A stretch of 64,000 nt of DNA, taken from contig SYJA01000087.1 in assembly GCA_005798555.1 (NCBI GenBank), positions 5,157 to 69,156 on the forward strand, written 5' to 3'. The notes beneath the pieces are model-generated. The model was not told the origin of the DNA and did not search any database. It worked only from the letters and a program-made list of their open reading frames with translations. The DNA comes from Actinomycetota bacterium. Its GTDB lineage: Bacteria; Actinomycetota; Actinomycetes; S36-B12. Positions 29,988 to 39,155 of this stretch are shown piece after piece; position 1 is the first letter of the stretch; each line of letters starts with the position of its first letter. The position numbers and the translations under genes are program-made.

Positions 29988-30767
29988 CTAGAGGTCGATG
30001 ACGAACGGGAGTTCGCGCCCGTGAAAATGCCCCACATTCATGCATTCGGTCTTGCCAATTCGGGCCCGTGCCCGCAAGGGCTGGTGCACGTGGCCAAATA
30101 GGTGCAAGGCCGGCTCGAATTCCTTTAGGTAATCCAAGATGGCTAAACTTCCGATTTCGAATCGGCGCGCGACAAGGTCATAGGTCAATTGCGGCACCGC
30201 TGGCGGAATATGGGTAAACAGGACGTCTACCGGCCCTAAGGCTTGGATTTTCTCAGCGTATTGCTCCTCGGAGAGTTCATATGGCGTGCGCATCGGGCTC
30301 GCCAGGCCGCCACCGACGAATCCCATCCGGATCCCATTGACCGTGAGCGTCGCACCGTCGACAACTTGGTGACCCGCCTTCAGGAACTCCGGCCAGAGCG
30401 CAGGTACGTCGACATTGCCATATGTCAGCAGAGCCGGAGTCGGCATCGCTTCGAACAGCTCTTGGTACTGCTGACGGATCATCAACTCCAGTGAGCTCCA
30501 ACGATCAGCATGATCGAAAACCCCGCGCCCGCGCCACGCCGCGGCACTAAGTTCACGTGCTTCATCGAAACGGTTAGCGGTGCGCGCCTCGATATACGCC
30601 CGCGTGTGGTCAGGCCCAAAAAGATCCGTGTATATCCCCCTGGTTGGATCGTCATAGTCTAGGAACAAAATCAGGTCGCCCAGGCAGACGAATAGGTCAG
30701 ATCCCTGCCCCGCGCGCGCCAACGCCTCGCTAGCACCATGTACATCGGAAACCACGTGCGCCCTCAC
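29988..30767 (-). CDS. Metallophosphoesterase
   Basis: 259 aa with calcineurin-like motifs VSDVHG, GDLI, GNVD and GHVH. Confidence 0.75.
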   Translation of the reverse strand: MRAHVVSDVHGASEALARAGQGSDLFVCLGDLILFLDYDDPTRGIYTDLFGPDHTRAYIEARTANRFDEARELSAAAWRGRGVFDHADRWSSLELMIRQQYQELFEAMPTPALLTYGNVDVPALWPEFLKAGHQVVDGATLTVNGIRMGFVGGGLASPMRTPYELSEEQYAEKIQALGPVDVLFTHIPPAVPQLTYDLVARRFEIGSLAILDYLKEFEPALHLFGHVHQPLRARARIGKTECMNVGHFHGRELPFVIDL

Positions 30768-31174
30768 CGAGGATCACCTGGTCGCCTGTCCCCCTCAAGT
30801 TCATCCTTCAGCGCCCAAGCGGTGCGCTTCCAGGCCATCGCGTGCCGATTGCGAAGCGCGTCAATTTGGCGCCGGCCATGGGGGCTGGCGGGAATCGTCC
30901 GCGCCCGCGCCGGTGACCCGGGCAGTGCTGGGTCCGCGCGCAGGTAATAGTGCAGGAGCACCCCATCGCCGACTTGTTCCAGCCAGATCTCACTTGAGCC
31001 CACCATGGCACCCGATACCGACCACCTGATCCCATCTAGGCCCCGGTCCATGAACACTGTCAAGGTCAGCTCCGGCCACCAATACTGCCAGCGGGTTTGA
31101 TCGGCAACCACTAGGGCAAGTTGCGCCCGGTCAACCACCAGATAGGTCTCGTCGACGAGATCCACACTGGCCAT
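30764..31174 (-). CDS. Hypothetical protein, SRPBCC-like
   Basis: 136 aa. 4-nt overlap with the downstream phosphoesterase gene; weak START-like appearance only. Confidence 0.4.
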   Translation of the reverse strand: MASVDLVDETYLVVDRAQLALVVADQTRWQYWWPELTLTVFMDRGLDGIRWSVSGAMVGSSEIWLEQVGDGVLLHYYLRADPALPGSPARARTIPASPHGRRQIDALRNRHAMAWKRTAWALKDELEGDRRPGDPR

Positions 31175-31334
31175 GCCCCTGAGAATGCCATGGAAGGGCC
31201 ACTTGCGCCGATCCTGGGGTGGCGGCCGGGGTGACCGGCTTCACGATTTCCCGCGCCTGCCGGCCGAAGTTCGGCTAGCGTTGGGTGGTGTTCACGCACC
31301 TGCAAAGCCTCGTGGCTCAAGTGAAGGAGTAGCC

Positions 31335-33131
31335 GTGCTAAAGGAGTTCTCCGTCCCGGTTATCGTCCCGGCCCCCACCTCGGGGAGCTTGGTTGACCAC
31401 ATCACCGAAAATGCCGACCAGGTTCCAGATAAAGTCGTGTTCTCGGTTCCCCGGGGGGCCGCTTGGGTCGGCATCACGGCCAAGCAATTCAATGACGATG
31501 TCAAGGCGATTGCCAAAGGCATCATCGCGAACGGGGTCGAACCGGGCCAGCGCATTGGCATCATGTCGCGCACCCGATTCGAATGGGCATTGGTCGACTA
31601 CGCCATCTGGTACGCCGGAGCAACAAGTGTGCCGATCTACGAGACCTCATCGGCGGAGCAGGTGCAGTGGATCCTGAGTGATTCCGGTGCTGTTGCCGTG
31701 ATCCTCGAGACGCACAAGCACAAGGCGGTGTTCGACCAGGTTGCAGTTGAAATCCCCGACGTCAAGCGCATGTGGGTGCTAGACGACGGCATTCTTGACG
31801 AACTCAAATCAGCTGGCCTAGGTATCAGCGACGACGAACTTGAATCCCGGCGCGCGACTTTGAACCCAGCCTCCGTCGCGACCATCATCTACACCTCCGG
31901 TACCACGGGGCGCCCGAAGGGCTGCGTGCTCACGCACAGCAACTTGATGTTCGAGGTCGACAACGTGGTGCAGGGCCTCGAGGACGTGTTCTTGGTTGAG
32001 GGGTCTTCCACGTTGCTGTTCCTACCGGTTGCCCACGTATTCGGTCGCTTGATCCAGTTGGGGTGTGTTCGAGCCCGCGTACGACTCGGCCACACCGCAG
32101 ATATCAAGGAACTACTACCAAACCTTCAGTCCTTCCAGCCGACCTTCTTGCTCGCGGTGCCCCGAGTTTTCGAGAAGATCTACAACTCCTCTCAGCAAAA
32201 GGCGAATGCCGCCGGCAAGGGGCATATCTTCGAAACCGCAAGCCAGGTAGCCATCGACTACAGCAAAGCACTTGATGATGGTGGCCCGAGCATCGGTTTG
32301 AAAATCAAGCACGCGATCTTCGACCGCTTAGTCTACAAGAAGTTGCGCGCTGCCATGGGTGGAAAGCTGAAGTGGGCGGTTTCCGGCGGCGCACCACTGG
32401 GCTCCCGACTCGGGCACTTCTTCCGCGGTATCGATGTCACCATCTTGGAGGGCTACGGCCTCACCGAAACCAGCGCAGCCTCCACGGTCAGCCGACCGAA
32501 TGCCCTGCGCATCGGCAGTGTCGGCCAGCCGCTGCCGGGGGCCAGTGTCAAGGTGGCAGATGACGGTGAACTTTTGCTCGCGGGTGCCCAGATCTTCGCC
32601 GGCTACTGGAATAACCCAGCCGCCACCGCCGAGGCCATCGAACCCGATGGCTGGTTTCACTCCGGCGACATCGGGGAAATCGATGACAGGGGCTTTGTCC
32701 GAATCACCGGACGCAAAAAGGAGCTCATCGTCACCGCCGGTGGAAAGAATGTGGCTCCCGCGGTGCTCGAGGATCGAATTCGTGCCAACTGGTTGGTGTC
32801 ACAGTGCATGGTCGTTGGCGATGCCCAGCCATTCATCGCAGCCCTTGTCACCATTGACCCCGAGGCCTTTCCGGCTTGGGCCAAGCAAGCTGGTAAACCA
32901 GAATCTGCGACCGTTGCCGACCTTGTTGCCGATGCGGATCTCATCGCCGCGGTGCAAACGGCAATAGATGAAGGAAACAAGGCGGTGTCAGCTGCTGAGG
33001 CCATCAAGAAGTTCGTCATTTTACCTCATGACTGGACCGAGGAAGGTGGGCAAATGACCCCTTCCATGAAGTTGAAACGCAGTATCGTGATGAAGGAATG
33101 CGAAGCCGATATCGCGGCCCTGTATTCGTAA
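31335..33131 (+). CDS. fadD15: Long-chain fatty-acid--CoA ligase (FadD15-like)
   Basis: Start re-chosen at GTG 31335, preceded by GAAGGAG. AMP-binding motifs YTSGTTGRPKG and GYGLTETS. Confidence 0.85.
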   Translation: MLKEFSVPVIVPAPTSGSLVDHITENADQVPDKVVFSVPRGAAWVGITAKQFNDDVKAIAKGIIANGVEPGQRIGIMSRTRFEWALVDYAIWYAGATSVPIYETSSAEQVQWILSDSGAVAVILETHKHKAVFDQVAVEIPDVKRMWVLDDGILDELKSAGLGISDDELESRRATLNPASVATIIYTSGTTGRPKGCVLTHSNLMFEVDNVVQGLEDVFLVEGSSTLLFLPVAHVFGRLIQLGCVRARVRLGHTADIKELLPNLQSFQPTFLLAVPRVFEKIYNSSQQKANAAGKGHIFETASQVAIDYSKALDDGGPSIGLKIKHAIFDRLVYKKLRAAMGGKLKWAVSGGAPLGSRLGHFFRGIDVTILEGYGLTETSAASTVSRPNALRIGSVGQPLPGASVKVADDGELLLAGAQIFAGYWNNPAATAEAIEPDGWFHSGDIGEIDDRGFVRITGRKKELIVTAGGKNVAPAVLEDRIRANWLVSQCMVVGDAQPFIAALVTIDPEAFPAWAKQAGKPESATVADLVADADLIAAVQTAIDEGNKAVSAAEAIKKFVILPHDWTEEGGQMTPSMKLKRSIVMKECEADIAALYS

Positions 33132-33158
33132 AATTCTGCGTCCGATGAAAATCTGGGT

Positions 33159-34247
33159 TTAGCCGACTACCCGGCCAATCCCGGTGAAGTGCCGCTCGTA
33201 CCAGGGCGCGAGCACATTGGTGATGACGACGCCGTCTCTCGGGTTTGCCGCGTGCACCATTTTGCCACCGCCAATATAAAGGCCAACGTGGTGCACACTG
33301 CCGCCGAAGTAGAAGACCAGGTCACCTGGCTGGGCCTCGCTGAGCGGTATCTTCCTCGCTTTTTGGTATTGCGAATAGCTGTAGTGCGGCAGGGCGACTC
33401 CGCCTTGGCGCCAAGCGCTCATCGTGAGGCCGGAGCAGTCAAATGTCGTGGGGCCAGATGCGGCGGCAACATATCGGTCGCCGACTTGTGATAGGCCGTA
33501 CCGAACCGCAGCCACCGCCCGGTTACTAACGGAGTAGCCACCACCACTAAAGCTGCTGCTATTTAGTTCCTGCGCTGCCGCTGCCGCGGCTGCCAGCGAG
33601 GCCTGTCGCTCACTGGCCGCCATTGCGGCCAGGCGTTGCCGCTCTGCTGCCTCCAAGGAATTCAAGATCGCCTGCGCATCTGCCAGCCGGTCATCGGCTT
33701 CCTTCTTCGCGTCGGCCATTTCGGCGCGAACCTGCCGGGCGGCCTCCTCTTTTTGTTGCAGGGCCGCCTCGCTTTGGGCCAACCGCAACCGAGCGGTCTG
33801 GGAGGCCCGCAGAGCATCGGCCTGCCCCTTGGCTACCTGATCCAGGGCGGAGGCTTGGGCTAAAAACTGTGCCGGATTTTCTGCGAGCAGCACCTGCAGG
33901 GAGGCGTCGACCCCGCCGCCGGTATAGGTAGCCCGGGCGAGATCATCCACCGCACCGGAAATCGCATTTAGCTCCCGACGCTCGACCGCAATCTTGTCCT
34001 TGAGGGCCGCCAGCGCATCTTCAATGTCACTTAGCCGGGCTCGGGCGCCATTGAAGCGCTCGTTGGCCGACGTTGCTTTGGCCTCTAGCTCAAAAACCTG
34101 TTGACGCACCTCGCCCAGATCGCGGGCCGCCGCCGGCGCGGCTAAGGCGATGACGCCGATTAAGGCTGCGCCGACAGCAGCCAGTGCAACTCTCCCAGTA
34201 GAACCCGTCAACCCAGCGCGGCGCCCAGCAGCCGTTCGAGGAGGCAT
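33159..34247 (-). CDS. Secreted NlpC/P60 peptidoglycan endopeptidase with N-terminal coiled coil (RipC-like)
   Basis: Start trimmed to ATG 34247 (MPPRTAAGRRAG...signal/TM). Long Ala/Glu/Gln/Arg-rich coiled coil, then catalytic FDCSGL and HVGLYIG. Confidence 0.85.
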   Translation of the reverse strand: MPPRTAAGRRAGLTGSTGRVALAAVGAALIGVIALAAPAAARDLGEVRQQVFELEAKATSANERFNGARARLSDIEDALAALKDKIAVERRELNAISGAVDDLARATYTGGGVDASLQVLLAENPAQFLAQASALDQVAKGQADALRASQTARLRLAQSEAALQQKEEAARQVRAEMADAKKEADDRLADAQAILNSLEAAERQRLAAMAASERQASLAAAAAAAQELNSSSFSGGGYSVSNRAVAAVRYGLSQVGDRYVAAASGPTTFDCSGLTMSAWRQGGVALPHYSYSQYQKARKIPLSEAQPGDLVFYFGGSVHHVGLYIGGGKMVHAANPRDGVVITNVLAPWYERHFTGIGRVVG

Positions 34248-34409
34248 CGTAAACCGCACTGACCAGGGCTCCCTCCGGCTTTGTTTGCTCAGGCGATTAA
34301 CGCCGCTATCACCTTTCCGTCTCTGGATACGGTAACAGACGTCGGCCGGGCGCCCAACCGGGATAAGCCGCATTTGCCCCCCATAGCTCCCCTTAGGTCC
34401 CCGCCCGAA

Positions 34410-34637
34410 TTAAGTGCCCCATTTCTGGTCGAAATCCTCATATCGGACACAATTTCCCGTTACTTCAGTGACCAGCCGCAGCGGTGGGATCAGGCCCGAA
34501 TCGGTCAATACGCCCAGAGCCACCCGGTGGTCATCGGCGATCTGCACCGTCGCCGCCGGTGGACCCAGCAACACGGTGACAACACAATCCCCGCAGGCCA
34601 GGCCCGCGAGTTTGCAGGTACCGCAATCAATGATCAT
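34410..34637 (-). CDS. Small Cys-rich hypothetical protein
   Basis: 75 aa with CGTC...CGDC near the N-terminus. No family recognised. Confidence 0.35.
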   Translation of the reverse strand: MIIDCGTCKLAGLACGDCVVTVLLGPPAATVQIADDHRVALGVLTDSGLIPPLRLVTEVTGNCVRYEDFDQKWGT

Positions 34638-34676
34638 GCCCCAAAGGTAATCAGGGGGTCTGACACCCAGCCCAGA

Positions 34677-34958
34677 TCACGGACCGCCATCGCCAGGCCC
34701 TTCGGTGCTGGGGCCACCAAACTCAGGACGCGGCACGATCTCGATCCGGTCGGTCGCGGCGCACCACCGACATTGAACCTGCTCGATTTCCTCGGTCAGC
34801 ACGGTGGTTTCCTCCACCACCGGCGCACCGGAGATGTCAACATGCCAAAACTCACTTACCCTGGCCTTACGCACCACGTCAAAGCGGGTCAGGTTACCGC
34901 AATGGGCACAGCGAAAGCGTGACTTTGGATCCGGGAGGGTGCGTGGGGTGTCGGCCAC
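34677..34958 (-). CDS. Small zinc-ribbon-like hypothetical protein
   Basis: 93 aa with CAHC ... CRWC spaced about 50 aa apart. Confidence 0.4.
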   Translation of the reverse strand: MADTPRTLPDPKSRFRCAHCGNLTRFDVVRKARVSEFWHVDISGAPVVEETTVLTEEIEQVQCRWCAATDRIEIVPRPEFGGPSTEGPGDGGP

Positions 34959-35007
34959 GGCAGCACCTTACCGGGATTTGTCGGAGGGTTGCCTTAGCGT
35001 GCATCAC

Positions 35008-36798
35008 ATGCCGGCCGTTGCCCCTGTCAACCAGCAGTTGAGTCTTACCGACCTAGGTACCCGACTAAGTGCCGCGACTTTCGTCGTGGTTGACCTCGAG
35101 ACCACCGGTGGGCCACCGGCCGAGGCCGGTATCACCGAATTCGGAGCGGTGAAGGTAACCGGGGGGCAGGTTATCGGCGAGTTCGCGACTTTGGTCAATC
35201 CCGGTAGCCCAATACCACCATTTATCGCGGCCCTCACCGGCATCACGGACTCTCTTGTTGCCACGGCGCCACGACTTACTTCGGTACTTCCTAGCTTTTT
35301 GGAATTCGCCCGCGGCAGCGTGCTCGTCGCCCACAACGCCCCCTACGACATCGGATTCCTGAAGGGCGCCTGCCTGAAACTCGATCACGAATGGCCGGGC
35401 AACCACGTTATCGACACGGCCCGGCTGGCCCGGCTCACGCTACACCGCGATGAAGTCGCAAATTGCAAGCTTGCGACCCTCGCCGCCTACTTTCGCACCG
35501 ACGTCACACCCACGCACCGAGCTTTTGCTGACGCCCGCGCCACCGCTGACGTCTTGCACCGACTCCTCGAGCGCGTCGGCGACTTCGGCGTCGAAACCCT
35601 TGAGGATCTTGCCGCATTTACCTCCCGCGTGACCTCGGCCCAGCGCACGAACAGGCATCTCGCAACGGGTCTACCTGATGCACCTGGGGTCTATATCTTT
35701 CGAGATCCCCAAGGCGAGGCGCTTTATGTCGGCACCTCCAAGAACATCCGCAAACGGGTGCGCACCTACTTCACCGCCTCGGAGACTCGGCGCCGAATGG
35801 ACCAGATGATCACCATCGCGAGTTCAGTTGATCCGATCGTGTGCGCCACCACACTTGAAGCCCGGGTTCGTGAACTTCGACTGATCGCAACCAAGCAGCC
35901 CAGATATAACCAGCAATCAAAGCGACCAGAGCGTCAAACCTGGCTGAAATTAACCGCCGAAACTGCGCCACGCTTAGCCATTGTCCGCGAAGTTCGCGAC
36001 GACACCGCCGCCGGCGCCTGCTACCTGGGTCCATTTCGATCCAGTGCTGCCGCCCAAGAAGCCGCAGCCGCATTGCAATTCGCGTTACCACTTCGGGTTT
36101 GCTCCACGAAACTGGCGCGCAAACCTCGTAGCACCACGGCGGGCTGCGCCCTCGCTGAACTCGGTAAATGCCTGGCCCCGTGCACATCAGCGATAGACCA
36201 CCTCGAATATGACGCCCTAGTTGAACGCGTCCGCTCGGCAATGTCCGGCGCAGTCGAACCCGTCGCATCAGCAGTACATGAGCGTATGCGTGAACTCGCT
36301 GATCAAAGCCGTTTCGAAGATGCCGCACTCTGGCGCGACCGCCTCGCCCACTTCGTGCATGCCAGCATGCGCACACATCAGCTGATGATGCTGGCACATA
36401 TTGAACAAGTGGTCGCCGCCAAGATGACTTCGGCGGGCGGCTGGGAGGTGCACTGTATTCGCTACGGCGCACTTGCCGGCGCGGCCACGATCATGGCTGG
36501 TGTTGACCCGCTCCCAGTTGTGGCGGCCATGATTGCTGCCGCGGACGTCATCCCGGCACCCAGAGCGGGGGCCCTAGCCGGACTGACCGAAGAAGCCGAG
36601 GCGATCTTGGCCTGGCTGGGCGGTGACTTCGTTCGATTGGTGCGCACCAGTGCACCACTTGCCCTGCCAATTGGCTGCGGGGGTGCACTCCTTGCCAAGC
36701 TCGGTCAGGTCCGCGAGGAGATTCGCGCCCAAGAGCCCGTTGACTACCAATGGCTATCGGCGGCTGCCCGGCGTAAACCCGTCACCCGCATCGCTTAG
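35008..36798 (+). CDS. DEDD (DnaQ-like) 3'-5' exonuclease fused to a GIY-YIG (UvrC-N-like) nuclease domain
   Basis: Start re-chosen at ATG 35008 (a GTG at 34999 is also possible). Exo motifs VVVDLETTGG and HNAPYDIGFL, then GIY-YIG PGVYIFRD...ALYVGTSKNIRKRV. Resembles mycobacterial Rv2191 as I recall it. Confidence 0.75.
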   Translation: MPAVAPVNQQLSLTDLGTRLSAATFVVVDLETTGGPPAEAGITEFGAVKVTGGQVIGEFATLVNPGSPIPPFIAALTGITDSLVATAPRLTSVLPSFLEFARGSVLVAHNAPYDIGFLKGACLKLDHEWPGNHVIDTARLARLTLHRDEVANCKLATLAAYFRTDVTPTHRAFADARATADVLHRLLERVGDFGVETLEDLAAFTSRVTSAQRTNRHLATGLPDAPGVYIFRDPQGEALYVGTSKNIRKRVRTYFTASETRRRMDQMITIASSVDPIVCATTLEARVRELRLIATKQPRYNQQSKRPERQTWLKLTAETAPRLAIVREVRDDTAAGACYLGPFRSSAAAQEAAAALQFALPLRVCSTKLARKPRSTTAGCALAELGKCLAPCTSAIDHLEYDALVERVRSAMSGAVEPVASAVHERMRELADQSRFEDAALWRDRLAHFVHASMRTHQLMMLAHIEQVVAAKMTSAGGWEVHCIRYGALAGAATIMAGVDPLPVVAAMIAAADVIPAPRAGALAGLTEEAEAILAWLGGDFVRLVRTSAPLALPIGCGGALLAKLGQVREEIRAQEPVDYQWLSAAARRKPVTRIA

Positions 36799-36805
36799 CC
36801 AAGAC

Positions 36806-37891
36806 CTACGGTTTAAGGGACCGCGTCCGAGCGATCCACCGGTCCAACAACACTAATCCCGCCCCCGAGTCGATCACCTCGCGGGCCCTTGGCAGCCCTT
36901 GCCGCAACCGCTCCATCAAAGCCACCTGAGCATCGCCCACACCGGTTGCCGCGTCGTATGCAGCAAGTGCTGCCGACCCGTTCAGCGCAACGCCGTCACG
37001 AATAGCGGCTACCCGATCGGCATCTGAATCGGTTATCAGAACTCCACTCAGAACCTTCCGCAGGAGTTCTGCATTGCGCACCCGATCACCACCGGTTATC
37101 AACTCCGCAGAAACAAGTTCAATCCCAAGTTCACATGGATCAATGACCACCTCGCGGATCCCGGTTGCCGTGACATCCCAGGCATGGGTTATGGCACTCG
37201 TAGAAATCTCATCGAGGCCATCAGCGCCGTGCACCACGATGGCCTTAACGCCTCGGCGCTCCAGCACATCCGCCATTATTGGGGCGCGGGACTTATCCGC
37301 ACAGCCGATGAGTGCGCTTTGAGCCAGGGCTGGGTTCGTCAGCGGTCCCAATAGGTTGAAGACAGTGGGCACCCCAAGTTCACGCCGCGCCGTTACGGCG
37401 TAGCGCATTGCTGGGTGGTGAATGGGCGCGAAGCAAAACGCAATGCCGATCTCCTTGGCACAGACCTCAACTAGTTCGGGCGGTAAGTCGATCACCACCC
37501 CGAGTTCTTCCAGCACATCAGCGGTACCGGTTGAAGATGACGCCGCACGGTTACCGTGTTTGACCACCGGAGCACCGGCCGCCGCGGCGACTATTGCGGC
37601 CATGGTCGAGATATTCACTGAATGTGAGTTATCGCCCCCCGTGCCCACCACGTCAAGTACCGAGGTCTTCACGTTTACCCGGTTGGCATGTGCCAACATC
37701 ACTTCGACCAGCGCTCGAACTTCGACCGGTGTTTCACCCTTGGCCCTAAGCGCGGTCACGAAACCGGCCACCTGCACATCTGTGGCTTCACCGTCAAGAA
37801 TTTGGGTCATCGCCCAAGTAGCGCTATCGGCCGACAAATCACTACCCGCTAGCAAGGAGCGCAGGATCTGCGGCCAGGTCAGCGGTGCCAT
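36806..37891 (-). CDS. trpD: Anthranilate phosphoribosyltransferase
   Basis: 361 aa with VVGTGGDNSHSVNIST and KHGNRAASS motifs. Confidence 0.9.
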   Translation of the reverse strand: MAPLTWPQILRSLLAGSDLSADSATWAMTQILDGEATDVQVAGFVTALRAKGETPVEVRALVEVMLAHANRVNVKTSVLDVVGTGGDNSHSVNISTMAAIVAAAAGAPVVKHGNRAASSSTGTADVLEELGVVIDLPPELVEVCAKEIGIAFCFAPIHHPAMRYAVTARRELGVPTVFNLLGPLTNPALAQSALIGCADKSRAPIMADVLERRGVKAIVVHGADGLDEISTSAITHAWDVTATGIREVVIDPCELGIELVSAELITGGDRVRNAELLRKVLSGVLITDSDADRVAAIRDGVALNGSAALAAYDAATGVGDAQVALMERLRQGLPRAREVIDSGAGLVLLDRWIARTRSLKP

Positions 37892-37931
37892 CTAGATCAT
37901 CGTGATTTCAATTATTTGCGAGGCCAACAGG

Positions 37932-38372
37932 TCACGCGGTGACGACGATGGACGACTTGGTCAATCTGGACCGAAGTAGGCCGGCCACCGCGTCGGCGAT
38001 CGATACGGCATTGATTGGATGCGAGGACACCGCATCGGCCCGCGACCACGTAGCCAGCCAGGCATCTTGCGGCCGGGCTATCAGCACCAAAATTGGCGGG
38101 CAGTTGAATATCTCATCCTTGAGCTGCCGGGTCAGGCCCATGCCGCCCGCCGGGGTGGCTTCGCCGTCCAAAATAAGCAAGTCAAAGCCCCCTTTGTCAA
38201 CCAACCCAATCAACGCCGGCGCCGTCGCACATTCGACATATGACAGTTCGGGTAGGTCGGCGGCGGGACGCCGGCCCAAGGCTAAAAGCACATCCTGGCG
38301 CACCTTGCGGTCGTTGCTGTAGACCAAAACCTTTACCGGCCCGGGCACCTCTTGCGCCACCTGATCACTCAC
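37932..38372 (-). CDS. Stand-alone CheY-like receiver-domain protein
   Basis: 146 aa with VKVLVYSNDR ... FDLLILDGEATP (acceptor Asp position kept) and no output domain. Confidence 0.5.
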   Translation of the reverse strand: MSDQVAQEVPGPVKVLVYSNDRKVRQDVLLALGRRPAADLPELSYVECATAPALIGLVDKGGFDLLILDGEATPAGGMGLTRQLKDEIFNCPPILVLIARPQDAWLATWSRADAVSSHPINAVSIADAVAGLLRSRLTKSSIVVTA

Positions 38373-38530
38373 GGCACGATCTTAGACCGGGCCTTGTTCG
38401 ACCCCATCAGCCTCCCCGCGGCCCGGTCCGATTACCTAGGTCGCGGGTCCCCTCGTCCCCGGGGGCGACCGTGAGCAGATTCACTCGGGGTGGGAAGCAC
38501 AAGTCCCTGACTACCTGAGATACTTCCCTC

Positions 38531-39136
38531 ATGGTGTCGACCACCCAAGTTCCTGCGGCTTATCAGCACGCCCCCGCCAATCGCCCCAATATCGTGGCCG
38601 TCGGGACCATCATTTGGCTGGCCAGCGAACTCATGTTCTTCGCTGCCCTTTTTGCCATGTACTTCACTATGCGGGCGGTTAACCCAGAACTTTGGGCCGA
38701 GGAAACCAAACTGCTCAATATTCCCTTCTCAAGCCTGAACACCACGATTTTGGTACTCTCCAGCGTTACCTGCCAGCTGGGAGTGTTCGCCGCTGAACGC
38801 GGTGAGGTCAAAGTCCTGCGTCGCTGGTTCATCATCACCTTTTTGATGGGGTCCTTCTTCATCGCCGGCCAGGTCACCGAGTACGTAGCACTAGTGCATG
38901 AGGGCCTGACCTTGTCCGCCAATGCCTATGGTTCTGCTTTCTACCTGACCACCGGGTTCCACGGTCTGCACGTGACCGGCGGGCTCATTGCCTTCCTGTT
39001 CGTGCTTGCCACCACCTACGCCACCAAGCGTTTCACCCATGATCAGGCCACTCGAGCGATCGTGGTGTCGTACTACTGGCACTTTGTCGACGTGGTCTGG
39101 ATCGCCCTGTTCTTCATGATTTATATCCTTAAATGA
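38531..39136 (+). CDS. ctaE: Cytochrome c oxidase subunit III
   Basis: 201 aa, 5 TM, typical actinobacterial CtaE preceding qcrCAB. Confidence 0.9.
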   Translation: MVSTTQVPAAYQHAPANRPNIVAVGTIIWLASELMFFAALFAMYFTMRAVNPELWAEETKLLNIPFSSLNTTILVLSSVTCQLGVFAAERGEVKVLRRWFIITFLMGSFFIAGQVTEYVALVHEGLTLSANAYGSAFYLTTGFHGLHVTGGLIAFLFVLATTYATKRFTHDQATRAIVVSYYWHFVDVVWIALFFMIYILK

Positions 39137-39155
39137 CGACGAAAGGCTTGCTCGC

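Noticed and set aside
31173-31334. Long N-terminal extensions offered by the ORF track: fadD15 from 31173, ripC-like from 34373, mnmA from 1700, erpA from 50040, the DCC protein from 49697, the kinase from 16828 and the exonuclease from 34804.
   Set aside because: The extensions are Arg/Pro-rich, overlap neighbouring genes, or precede an obvious conserved N-terminus or RBS (for example GAAGGAG before GTG 31335). Shorter starts were used, but they remain unverified.
33540-33900. Apparent low-complexity or tandem GC-rich repeats (gctgccgctgccgcggctgcc and similar).
   Set aside because: They encode the Ala/Gln/Glu-rich coiled-coil region of the RipC-like hydrolase on the minus strand. This is coding low complexity, not a DNA repeat element.
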